From assembly GCF_018977255.1 (NCBI RefSeq), contig NW_024704751.1, positions 18,662,001 through 18,726,000 on the forward strand: a stretch of 64,000 nt of DNA, given 5' to 3'. Positions within the stretch are counted from its first letter, which is position 1, and each line of letters opens with the position of its first letter. Positions 52,491 through 64,000 of this stretch are shown here, in pieces. This DNA is from Callorhinchus milii (taxonomy: Eukaryota). A model generated the notes under the pieces. The model made no database searches. It saw nothing but the letters and a program-made list of their open reading frames with translations, and had not been told where the DNA came from. A program made the position numbers and the translations under genes.

Positions 52491-53017
52491 AAAGGCTCTA
52501 TATCAAATGCAAGAATTATTATTATTATTATTATTATTATAAGCTGAATATCTTTGAAAAAAAGACTGAGGGCAAGGCCCTCCCTGATATCAAGGCTTTA
52601 AGTCCACCCTGGATCTTCTCTCCGCAGTTTTATACTGACTTTTGGAGGGCCGTGTGATCTGCTCATCGCGGGGAACGAAGCACGAAGAAATGGCGACATC
52701 ACCTGCACTAAACATGTGTTGAAGGTTCGATTGCGGAGGAGAAAGTGGATTAAAAAAGCTCTTTCAGAAGCTTGAGATAAGAATTGTCGCCATAGCAATG
52801 CAGCTGAGAGTGGAGCTCAACGATAAGTGCATAGCGAGACTCAAAGGTCACGCGCTGTTTCCTTTATTCCTTTACTTCTGATCGTGCACAGATCACAGCT
52901 GAAGTGTTTTTGAGTCACTGATTTTGCTGGCTGGCTACATTATAAGATGATTGTGTGCAGTGGGGGTGGGGGGGGGAGAATCGTGCGATTAACAGAGGCA
53001 GGTTTGTGGGACGAGAG

Positions 53018-53315
53018 GGTAATTGTGAGAGCCAGAGACCGTGTGATCAAGCATCAAGCTCCAACTCAACCAGTTCTGCGTAAATGAAAGAGTGTGAGAG
53101 AAAAAGTAACTTCATTTCTAACTGCACTAACCACTCACCAACCTCATCGCTAACTAAACTAACTACTCGCTAACTTCATCTCAATTGGCTGCTCAGTTTT
53201 GCCCACAAATTATACAGTCATTCCACTTCACAGTACATTCGGCGAAGCGTCTTGAGAACGTCTCAACATCACGAGAAGGCGCGGCATCAAATGCAAGGAT
53301 CATTAGTATTATTAT
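53018..53315 (+). repeat. Copy 1 of a ~270-bp direct repeat (CTAAC-rich segment plus SINE tail)
   Basis: Aligns to 54751-55023. Confidence 0.88.
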
Positions 53316-54107
53316 TATCTCCGACATGCAATGCTCCCCCAGGACTATACTGGAGGATCAGCCCAGACCGTGACACTTGAATCCAGAATCTTCGTACTCA
53401 GAAATGAGAATGCCACCAACATACAGTCGAACTTTACTATAATGAACCCCACTCAGGACTGGCAGAACAGATTGTTTGCAACAGATTGTTGTTCACTGTA
53501 GTAGGGTTTGACCATTTGCTGCAACACACCAGAAAATTAAAGAAACGACCAATTTGAATTGAGCATCATTTTATTCTGTTATAACACCTATGCAGCGTAG
53601 ATTGCAGCATATTATCTGTGCTTTTCTCAATGCACGCTGTCTCTAGCTTGTTAACCGGTCCAAAACTATTCCTCAGTTCCAGGTAATGATTCTGTGAAGT
53701 TTTGCACAGTTGTAATGGCTTTTCTGAACTCATCCGGTGAAGCGATAACTGGTCCCTTGCCTTCCACGTTTCTGTCACCAGAAGTTTCCTCATCCTCTCA
53801 CCCACGCAATGTCACTGATTCAATTAGCCTCAGCTTGAATTCCATCCCTGTATCCGGGTCAGTCCGGGTCGATTCTATGTGAGTGTTTGTTGGAGTCGGG
53901 CTGATTCCCATTGAAAAAGTTGGGTCTTGCCAATGGGATCGTTAATACCGGGATTTCGTTCTAAGCAGGGTTTGTTATAGTGACGTTATAATGTATATTC
54001 AATATACACGATATTCAATAAGTTGTGACACACAGTCAAACCACTTTATAGGTGATTCTGTGAAGCGCACTGAGACATTGTGATGACATGATAAGGTGCT
54101 ATATCCA

Positions 54108-54330
54108 ATAAGAGCAAAAGAAATGCTCGGCAAAAAAGAGTCCAAGGTCTATCTAGTTTGCCTCCACCTTCCTGGCGGTCACGTGCACATATATCCCGAA
54201 CTATCTATGCCCTATATCCCACAATGCAATTTCCTAAAAGAAAACTAATCTGTGTTTGAAGGAATCTACATTTCCTGCTTTAACCGTCTCCCTAGAGAGC
54301 CTGTTCCTCAGGTTTACTATTTGCTCACCG
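54108..54330 (-). mobile_element. CR1-type 3' fragment
   Basis: agaaatgct...ccaaggtctatctagtttgcctccaccttcctggc; same family as 62538-62750. Confidence 0.65.
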
Positions 54331-54750
54331 AAAATGAGCGAATAGTACATGCGAATAGTAAATAGTAAAGGATTATTATAATATAGTTACTCTACTGTAC
54401 AATTGTACTGCGAGGCCCTGTAAAATCATGAAGCAATGTTAAAGTTGCTATACAAATGCAAGTTTCTCATCGCATATTTGCTGCTGGAGGGGGAGTGGTC
54501 CGTGGGGAACCACAGGATAGTGTGAGTCAATGGCAACAAGAGTGAAAATTGGAGTAGGAGGGAATATGAAACAGCACCAGCCCAGGACACAGACAAGAAG
54601 AAACTAACAATTTGCCACTGGGATGTCCTGTTTATGACCATTCAGGCATTTGATCAGTAAATGTGGGCAATTACATGCACTCAACATGACAGTAACAATT
54701 TGCCTATAAACTGATAGCCAACAGAATTTAAAGAGATAAGTACCTGAATT

Positions 54751-55023
54751 GGGTAATTGTGAGCAGCCAGAGGCCGTGTGATCAAGCATCAAGCTCCAAC
54801 TCGCCCAGGTCTGTGTAAACGGAAAAGTGTGAGAGAAAAAGTAACAACTTCATCTCTAAGTGCACTAACCACTCACCAACCCCATCTCTGACTAAACTAA
54901 CTACTCGCTAACTCCATCTCAATTGGCTGCTGCGTTTTGCCCACAAATTATACAGTCACTCCACTTCACAGTATATTCTGTGAAGTGTCTTGAGAACGTC
55001 TCAACAACACGAGAAGGTGCTAT
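54751..55023 (+). repeat. Copy 2 of the ~270-bp direct repeat
   Basis: Aligns to 53018-53285. Confidence 0.88.
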
Positions 55024-55342
55024 TCTCACAGCGTTTCACAAGTTTCCCATTTGCTTACAAAGACTCACATTTATCTGCCAGCACTACTTAAAGTTCAGCA
55101 CAATAAGACTAAAGTCAAGCTGCCTCCTTAGATAATTGTTTCGCCCACAAAATATACAGTCAAGACACCTTACAGTATATTCTGTGAAACGCTTTGAGAC
55201 ATCTTGAAGACGTGATAAGGCGCTATATCAAATGCCAGGATTATTATTATTATTAAGACTGTGTGGAAAAGACAGAGGTAATGGGACACAAGAGGCCACA
55301 GATTCAGTACTTCGGACAATTTTAGAGCAATGCCCCTTTAAA

Positions 55343-55600
55343 AGGGTGACCATACATCCCCCATTTCTGAGGACGGTTCCCGGATGAGGTATTGTGTCTC
55401 TGGGGCCAAATTTGCCCTGTCTTGCATTCCGCAACAAACTGAACAAGAACAATAACGTGCTAAAACAGATACACTCATCAGAGAAACACAGCGGTTAATC
55501 CAACACACTTCTCCTGTGACTGCCAGCATCAGGAATTGTAGCAAGTTCAATTTTTTTTGCATGTGTTCCTGGATTCGGTTTACAGAATATGGTCACCCTA
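55343..55600. mobile_element. Non-autonomous hAT-type DNA transposon (MITE), Blackjack-like termini
   Basis: TIRs AGGGTGACCATA (55343) and TATGGTCACCCTA (ends 55600), with exact 8-bp TSD CCTTTAAA at 55335-55342 and 55601-55608. Confidence 0.88.
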
Positions 55601-56338
55601 CCTTTAAACTATGCTGTAAGCCCTTTAGTTTCCCCATAAAAACGAGTTTTTCCACAATACACGCAATTACTACTCGTTACAGAATATACTGTGAAGCGTT
55701 TTCAGATGTTCTCCCGACGTGAAAGGCGCTACACCAAATGCGAAGCATTATTATTATTATAAATACTAATTTTTATATATAAATAATAATCCTTGAATTT
55801 GACATAGCCCCTTATTACATCTTCAAGACGTCTCAAAGAGCTTCACAGAATATATTGTAAAGTGAATTGACTGTATATTTTGTGGGAGAATTTTTACATG
55901 TGTTAGTCTCACTAACCTCATCTCTAACCACACTAACCACTCAATGTCTAACCTGAAGGATGGCACTTCCTCTTACCAAGCTTCTGGGCTGTCGGCTGTA
56001 ATGGTTAGTGTGTGAGAGGTTAGTGTGTAATACGCAGGGTACCTGCTGGGTGCTGACATGTCCCAAGATCTGAGAGCTCAAAGCTCTGTCCCAGCCTGAG
56101 CTAAACACAGGCTCAGAGTCACCCTTGCAAGGCCAGTACCTGCATTTATGTTTTAACTTTCACTGTTCAGAACTAAGTTTCTTCAGAAAATACACTGAAC
56201 AAGATACACAGTGCATCTTCCAAGCTAGCTATGACATCAGTTTCAATGCTTAATTTTAATTCAATTGATTCATTTCATGTTCAGAAGCAAAATACGCTTA
56301 GAATTTCACACAGAGTAAGATCTGACTGGACCAGAAAC

Positions 56339-56558
56339 GATAATAATAATAATAATAATCCTTTGCATTGGATATAATAATAATAATAATCCTTGCATTT
56401 GATATAGCGCTTTTCACGTCAGGAGGACGTCCCAAAGCACTTCACAGAACACACTGTAAAGTGAATTGACTGTATATTTGTGGGCGAAACATGGCAGCCA
56501 ATCGCGCACAGCAGCGTCGCATTAACAATCATGAATTGAGCGACCAGATTATTATTTT
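56339..56558 (-). mobile_element. SINE 3' half with duplicated tail
   Basis: (aat)n cctttgcattggatat (aat)n ccttgcatttgatatagcgc... Confidence 0.85.
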
Positions 56559-57677
56559 TTTCATGGGAGGGCAGAGGGGCAGTGAGTAAGAGGAGGAGGC
56601 AGTGCGGTGCGGGAGGGGACAGAGATTTGATGGAGGGGAGGGGTGGGAATTGATGTGTTTTCCCTTGGACGTCAGCTGTTGAATTTTAAGCTCCATAAAA
56701 TTGATGAGATTATCCTGAATGAATTATTTCTATTCTGCTTTCATGAGTTCATCTCCCCTTTGCTCTCATTAAAAAAACATTTTCTGTCCGTCTCTAATGG
56801 TCCCAGGTGTGAGATGCCTCTGGGTGGCCTTGCACTCTATGCACTAATGATGATTTTACAGACCCTGCCAAGTGCCCGCAAGGCTGCTCGCTCGCGCTCT
56901 CTCGCTCTCTCTGTACGCAGGGTGCAGTTCCCATATCCAGCTGCACTAATCTGTCACAACCAATCCCTTTCACAGACTGTAGACAGCTCTGACTGACCCA
57001 GAACCCAGTCAGAGGGAATGAATTCTGTATCAGAACTGAGCCCGAGCTCTTCGCATTCTCCGCCCTGTTTTTTTGGCTCGGATGTAAAAAGCTTTCTAAT
57101 TTTAGAACGTGCTCTGCAACATCACTTGGTTCATCAGTGTTATTGACGCAATGATTGACAGAGAGTCAAGGAACTCGGTACCCTGCCTGCCTGCTAACCA
57201 CATCATGCACTGAATAAACAGACCCATCTTTACTTCAGTTTCTCCAGCTCCTTCCCTTTTTTTTGCCCCTTGTTGCATCCTCCTTCCCCATCGCCACTGT
57301 CCAGCGTTCTGGGACACTTTCCTGAGTGAAGGACGCTATATAAATGCAATTCATTGTGATTGTTGTTGTTGATCCATCCCTCAGAAAGCTTCAGGATTAG
57401 ATCTCTCTCCTAATCACTAACACAAAGTTACAGCCCTTGTAACCCGTTCCCACCACACCTCCCACAGTGGATATCGCAGGGTGTTTGATGAATAATATCT
57501 AAGTGAACATCCTGTGCTCATCAAAATGAGGGTTACTCATGTTGGAAAATGGAATCTACTTGTATTTTGCCACCAAATATAAACACCCAGCACTCCTTGG
57601 TCTGGTCAGGTACAGCATGGATTAGATAGAGTGAAACTCACTATATCACTCAGTGTGTTCAGATCAGGAGAAGGCAC

Positions 57678-57975
57678 CAGCTTGGCTCAGTGGGTATCAC
57701 TCTCGCCTTTTGAGTCAGAAGCCTCATGAGCACACAGTCTAGGCTGGCATTCCAACGCAGTGCTGGGGGTGTACTGCTTTGCTGGAGGTGCTGGCTTTCC
57801 AATGAGATGTCAAACTGTGGTCCCGTCTGCCTGGTCAGGTGGACATTAAAGATCCCGTGCCATTATTCAAAAAGAGAAGGGAGTTTCTCCTGGAGTGTTC
57901 AAAGTCCCAACGTGTGGCTTGAATCCACAACCTACTGACTCAGAGATGAGAGTGCTATCAACTGAATCAGATTGA
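57678..57975 (+). mobile_element. Deu-type SINE 5' part joined to an inverted SINE head
   Basis: ttggctcagtgggtatcactctcgcc...aaagatcccgtgcc...gagtttctcc, then the minus-strand head ctgactcagagatgagagtgctatcaactga. Confidence 0.75.
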
Positions 57976-58034
57976 CACACATAACTATAACTACTGTTTC
58001 TTAATGTTTGACTAACAGTAATGTACAGTGGGAT

Positions 58035-58460
58035 GATTTGCACAAATTGGCTCCCAAATTCAGCCACAAATACACAGTAATTACACTTTACAGTTAAAAC
58101 TTGTGAGGTACTTTGAGATGGCTCGATGAGGTGATAAAGTGTTATATCAGTTGCAAGGATTATTACTTCTATTTAATGTTGGGCAAGTTTCCTTACTTCA
58201 CATGCCTCTATTTACCAGCAGTAAGTAGGAACCCGGTTGTTAATCGATTGGTGGATCGCTTTTCTGGGGCTAATAATTCCTTCAAAAAAAAAATTGGTCA
58301 CTCAATCCCAGTGTGGGACAATGTTGTGCGCAATTGGCTGCTGCGTTTTGACCACAAATATACAGTTAATTTACTTTACAGTATATTCTATGAAGCGTTT
58401 TCAGATGTCTTGAAGACATGATTAGGCGCTATATCAAATGCAAGGATTATTATTATTATC
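58035..58460 (+). mobile_element. Two tandem SINE 3' parts
   Basis: Tails end at ~58170 and ~58460. The second carries the long-subfamily internal segment. Confidence 0.8.
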
Positions 58461-59299
58461 TGATGGTCAACCATTCCAATATTGCTGAACTCCCCTGTTA
58501 GTGCACTGGAATATTAGTCTCACTCCAACATGGGGCTTGAGCCTACATTTCCTGATCGAATTGTTAAATGTTTTCCCCTTGCAGATATTGAGTAATTCTT
58601 TCTGCACACAGAACAAGGCAAAAATAGTAAATCACCGAGGTCCAACGGTGAGAATTAGATAAACCAGAGATAAACCAGTAAGATCTCATGATAATTAAAA
58701 TTAATGAGAGCAGCCTTCGTTGCAAATTAAGTTCAGATTTTATTTTAATATATGAAACAGACAATGTAGCTTTCACTTGTCCCTTTCAAGGCTCTATTCA
58801 TTTTCTGTTGACTCATTGTATTTGACCCAAGGATGTTCCGCTCTTTTCTCTAATTTGCCTTTTCTCCAGTTAATTAACACAGTTGGTGAGTCCTCTCCTT
58901 CTCAATGGCTGTATTATTAAAGCAATAACTAGGTTTCAGGTGAGAATCATTACAGAAATTACCCATTCCAATCAAACCACTGACCTATTGTCTTATAGAA
59001 TGGAGCATGTGACAAATAGCGACCTATTTTAGTTAATTATTGCCCAACATTACCTCAATGCAAACTCTGGGACCTCAAGCCTTGGTTCTGACTAACTTGT
59101 GCTGATACTCTCCAGAATCAGGTAAACAGGATGTATCCATCCAGGAAGAGATTATGGATTCCATTCCAGACACAGGGAAATTTTCATGTGTGGATGGCAT
59201 ACATTTGTGGAAATCTCAGACTAGTTTGGGTACCCTTAAGCATGGTTGTGGGTTTCCGCCTTTGTCAGACATCTGGCTGACCAAAAAGAATGTGGTACA

Positions 59300-59645
59300 T
59301 AAAAAATCTTTGCATTCGCATTGGTTGAAATGTTTCGAAGCGCTTCACAAAATTTATCAGTAAGTGTAGTGACTGTGTATTTGTATGTAAATAGGGGCAG
59401 GAAATTCGCACAAAGCAATATTCTACAATCAGCCGTGACTTTTATTTTGAGGATTGTTGGCCATGACATTGGGAGAAACTTTTCTTTTCAAATCGTCCCA
59501 TGGGATCTTTAACGTCTACTTGAACAGGCTAATGAGATCCTGTTTTGACCTCTCGTGCAAAGGACGGCACCTCTGACAGTGAGGAACTCCCCGTGTACTG
59601 TGCTGGAGCAATAGCCTAGATCCAGAGCTCAAGTCTTGATATGGA
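59300..59645 (-). mobile_element. Deu-type SINE
   Basis: gaagcgcttcac...ccatgggatctttaacgtc...aaggacggcacctctgacagtg. Confidence 0.75.
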
Positions 59646-61369
59646 GATAATGCAGGTCTTTGGAGATTAATAACTTCAGACTATTCAATGCTAGCAACCA
59701 GTGATAAGAAGAAAAGGAGTTGGACTCCCTTCGTTATTAAACCTTGTTGACTTCTTAGTGTGTCGATATCCTGTCCGTAATTCTCTAAATTGATTAGTCA
59801 TCCATCTCATGAGTCATGACCGATATTTGTTAAATACGCTTTTAAACAAGTTTTCAACTTGATATAAATGATTCTTACGCTATGTTTACGCTACTAAGTT
59901 GTGTGTGGTGACAAACTTGATTGGTTTGCCATTCAACCTCAGCAACAATCATTTTCATTTACATAGCGCCATTCATGCCTTTCTGCCCCCATCCTCTGGA
60001 ACACCATTACAGAACCCCTTCACTTTGCTCCCTCCCTTGCCTCCCTCAAGACCTTGCTCTTTGACCATGCCTTCGGTTATCCTCCTACTCCCATCCCTCC
60101 TGGCCTCCACCCCTCCTGATTCCAAACCCCAGCTCAATGCGAAAGGACCTATATGAATGCAATTTGTGTTGTTGGGACATAAGTTTCAAGAGATTTTTGA
60201 TGAATGGCCCAATCTATCTGGAGGACTGTTGTCCCAGACACAACGAGAAACTCCTTTCTCTTTCAAATAATACCATGGGATTTTTAGCATCCATTTGAGC
60301 AGGCAGACAGGACCCCAGTTAAAAATCTCAAAGGACAATGCCCCTGGAGTACTCCAGGGAGAGCGACAGCATTGATTAAAAGATCAAAGTCTAACTGTAG
60401 CTTTCAATCCACGATGCTTTGTCCCAAAGGTGAGTGTGGTGGCAAATAAGCCAAACTATTAATCATTTCTACATGTTTCTTGTTCTTTTTCTCTCTGTCC
60501 GCCATCTCACATCAACTAAAGCCCCGTTATTTGGTGCTCATTATTGCAGGCCTTCGATGACTGCTGCACAGATACAAAAGTACCAATTCAGGAGAAAGTC
60601 GAGTTTTTGTCTCTGATCGCTGTAGAGAAAATGCTTTGAGGCTCACTGGCTGAGAGGTGCAAGGTGAATCTGAAAATGTGTGATGACTTCCAACACTCAC
60701 TTTAACATCAGCCACAGGCTCCGGTCCCCAGAGCACACAGATCTTCTGCTTAAAGTTAGTTCAAATAGGCCAGGCTGTGTTAATTCAAAATTCCCGACGG
60801 ATTCAGGAACTCGTTTTAAAATTCCTTTTAAAGAACATCTGATCTCAAAGAGTGCAGTTTTGAGAGACAGAAGGCAATAAATGTTGTGGAACTAATATAA
60901 ATCATTCACTTCATGTTTGTTGGAAGTTGATGTGGACAAAATGGATGCCGTGTTGGCTTGCAATTATATTACCCTTGACAGCAATCAGCCATGAACAGTT
61001 TTGGGACATTTTGCCATTGTATAAAAGCATAGCTTATTATCAAAATAATAGACTGTTGTGCACTTCTGAATTCGATTACACATGGTTCCTTTATTTTCTA
61101 TGTTTTCTCCCCACATGTACTATGACTTCAGGCCCCAAATCAGGATTTGAGCTCATGGTCAAGGCTGATGCTCCAATGTGGTACTGGGAGGAGTGTTGCA
61201 CTGCTGTTCTGTCATTTGCATAAAATATTAATCCGAGGTCCTGTTTGCCTCTTGACCTACATAGAAGTTAAAGATCTCATGATGCTGTTGTAAAAGAGAA
61301 AGGAATTTCTCTCTATGTTGAGACTTGGAATCACATAGTCTAAACTGATGGTCCAATGCAGGGTTCCCC

Positions 61370-61682
61370 CCTACCTCTGCGACCTCCTAACCCCCTAACA
61401 ACCTGCCCGCTCCCTCTGCTCAGCGGGCTCTGGCCTGCTTCACGTCCCCCGCCTGACCAATCCCCCCACCATCAGTGGGTGGGCCTTCAGCCACTTTGCC
61501 CCACCCTCTGGGACTCCATCCTGCAGTCCCTCCGCCTCGCCCTCTCCCTTGCCTCCTTCAAGACATGTCTCAAGATGCTCGTCTTCATCCGTGCTTTCAA
61601 ACATTCTCCTGTGAAGCACTTTGAGATGTCTCGACAACATGATAAGGCGGTATATCAAATGCAAGGATTATTATTATTATTC
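61370..61682 (+). mobile_element. L2-type LINE 3' part ending in the SINE-shared tail
   Basis: gggccttcagccactttgcccccaccctctgggactcc (AF..AP.LW.S motif), then ...gataaggcggtatatcaaatgcaagg(att)n. Confidence 0.75.
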
Positions 61683-62537
61683 TTTAAGGATGAAACTGGC
61701 ATTATCTCTAAAGGTATTTTATAATAATGCTGACTTTGAAAGCATTAAGAGATGCTGGAAATTTCACCCCAATTGGTAACTGCTCTGTAGGGCCCCACGT
61801 AGGCCATCCTGTCCAGCTAGTGTAGAGTTTGTTTGTGTGGTCAGTGAAAATGAAGGAGCACATGGCTGGTTGCCCAGCATGACCCTGGAGCATCAAAGAG
61901 AAGGGAACGAGATAGTGGGGGAGGTGGACACAAATTTCAGAAAGAGAAAAAAACCCAGAGGCACTGTCTATTCCAGCTTGCTTGAAACCGAGTTTCTTTG
62001 TTATTGATGGGTGTTGTGCATTGTACTCAGATTGCTCTGCTTCTCCCTGACTCGGGCTTATTATGTTGAATGAGATTCTTGAGCAAAGTATCAAATGGAG
62101 AAGATTATTATAACAATAATAGACTGTTGTGCACTCCTGAATTGGATACTTGAGCACAACATGAAGTGTGTTTCCTGCCTGATTCATACCTGGATCTAGC
62201 AGCTGTACATGGTGTTGAGGTAGCTGGGAGCATCTCTATCTCAGAGCTACTTGTCCCACTCCAACCCAGTGTGAGACATACCAACATCTCGTGGCTACCT
62301 GTGATTAAACCATCAAATAACCTAATAGGTGGCATAGACATCGGCCTGCCTGATGCCAGGGAATTGAGGGTTTATACCAACATATTCTGTGATTAATTGC
62401 TTTCTTTTTATAAATGTTCCTGTGTTGTAGAACAGGCATCTGCTATCAGTCACAGCTATCTTTCAACATCCGTCCCATCCTTGCTGCACACATACCTCTG
62501 ATATTTGGGAGATCTTGTGCAAACTCTCATTCCTGTC

Positions 62538-62750
62538 ATAAGAACATAAGAAATGCTAGACGAAAAAAAAGACCAAGGTCCATCTAGTTCACCTTCCACC
62601 TTCCTGGCAGTCGCATGCGCATATGTCCCAAACTATCTATGTACTATATCCCATAATGTTATTTGCTAAAATAAAACTATCTAGTCTGTGTTTGAAGGAA
62701 TCAACACTTCCTGCTTCAACCATCTCCCTTGTCAGTCTGTTCCACAATGT
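62538..62750 (-). mobile_element. CR1-type 3' fragment
   Basis: cataagaacataagaaatg tail; gtttgaaggaatcaacacttcctgcttcaacc...ctgttccac. Confidence 0.75.
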
Positions 62751-62954
62751 CATCTCAGACATTGTACCATGCTTTAGGTCATCTTTCTGCTCCCTCAGAT
62801 CCAACACTTAACTCGAGTGAACAGACAGATGGAACTTAAACCTATGTCCCGATGCCTGGATTTAGGTTTAATTGTCCAACATTGTCAAGAGTTTTGCGAT
62901 ATCCTCCTGATGTGAAAGGCGTTATATAAATGTCAATTGTATTGGATCTTTCAG

Positions 62955-63240
62955 AGGTCTTTCAAATGAGATGTTAAACCATGGTCCCATCTGCCTGTTC
63001 AGGCAGCCTTTAAAGATGGCACTATTTGAATAGGGAAGGGAATCTCCCCCAGTAACCTGGCCAACAATCTCCCAGAGAGAAAATTAAGATTAGTTATTCA
63101 CTTCATGGCTGTTTGTGGGGAAAATGCTGTTCACAAATTGGCTGCCACATTCAATATGATCACTAACCACATTACTGTGAAGCACTTTGAGATATTCTGA
63201 TGAGATAAGGCACTATATCAGAAGCAAGGATTATTATTAG
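62955..63240 (+). mobile_element. Deu-type SINE (5'-truncated)
   Basis: gagatgttaaacc...gctgtttgtggg...aaattggctgcc...gataaggcactatatc. Confidence 0.75.
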
Positions 63241-64000
63241 AAAGAATTTTGCATTTTTATATGCTCTTAAATCTCTTTATAATTACCACATCCAGTCTAG
63301 CAACAGTTTTGTAGGAAACATTGGGAGACATTCCTTTCTCTTCTGAGTAGCATCATGGGACCACCTGACATGAGATGGACTTAGCGTATTGTCTCATCTA
63401 AAGGATGGCACTTCCGACAATGCAACACTCCCCCAGCACTGTATTAGTGTCCCAATTGAGTCAAGCCGACAAACTTCAGGGTTCTCTCGGTTGATAAGCA
63501 ACCTGCCTCCTTCATATATTTATTAAAGAAAGGTTTAAATATCAGTCATTCGTATTGAACTTTCCTCAAATATATTTCCCCGATTTGTCAGGGATTGTAA
63601 ATTCTGGTTTTATTGCTATCTTCTGGGCTGCATTTCCAGCGTGTGGAAAACCCTGTGACCTCCATCAAGTGAGATGGAATATTATTATTTTTTCAATATC
63701 GTCTAAGTGCACAAGGGCTCCTTCTAATCGTTCAAACAGGCAGCTGGTGTAATGTAGACGCCTTCCTCCTACTACTGCACCTACGTCAAAGTCATTCAGA
63801 GGCTCTCAGCTCCTGTCCTTGTTTAGTGATCTTATTGTAAGATGGCTTGAGGGCACCCGGCTCATCTTGGCAGGCAGCTCTGGAAAGAACCAGGTGTTAC
63901 TGGCACAAACTTCAATAAGGTTTTCAGGATGAAATAAGGTTTATCATCCTTGCTGATTAATCATTTACCTCATGGCTGGCTGCGAGATGTTACAGAAGAT

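Overview
Vertebrate genomic DNA, most likely from a cartilaginous fish (inferred from the Deu-type/tRNA SINEs and the CR1 and L2 LINE remnants). It is not prokaryotic, and most of the supplied ORF track is noise. Bases ~1-36,000 hold the 3' half of an adhesion GPCR gene on the + strand, best matching ADGRB2/BAI2. I traced 13 coding exons with GT-AG boundaries from 4190 to 32990, covering TM3-TM7, the long cytoplasmic tail and the C-terminal QTEV PDZ ligand (~604 aa if one missing base is restored). A 3'UTR with two poly(A)-signal clusters follows. The exon at 10045-10129 is 1 nt too short, which is a frameshift as sequenced. Bases ~36,000-64,000 contain no convincing coding exon and are dense in SINEs, LINE fragments, a hAT-type MITE, minisatellites and a local duplication. 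I found no convincing new biological system. The best leads are the frameshift, a duplicated splice donor, a young chimeric SINE family forming a near-perfect inverted pair, an LF-SINE-like intronic element and a duplicated CTAAC-rich element. All family names come from recalled consensus sequences, not database searches.
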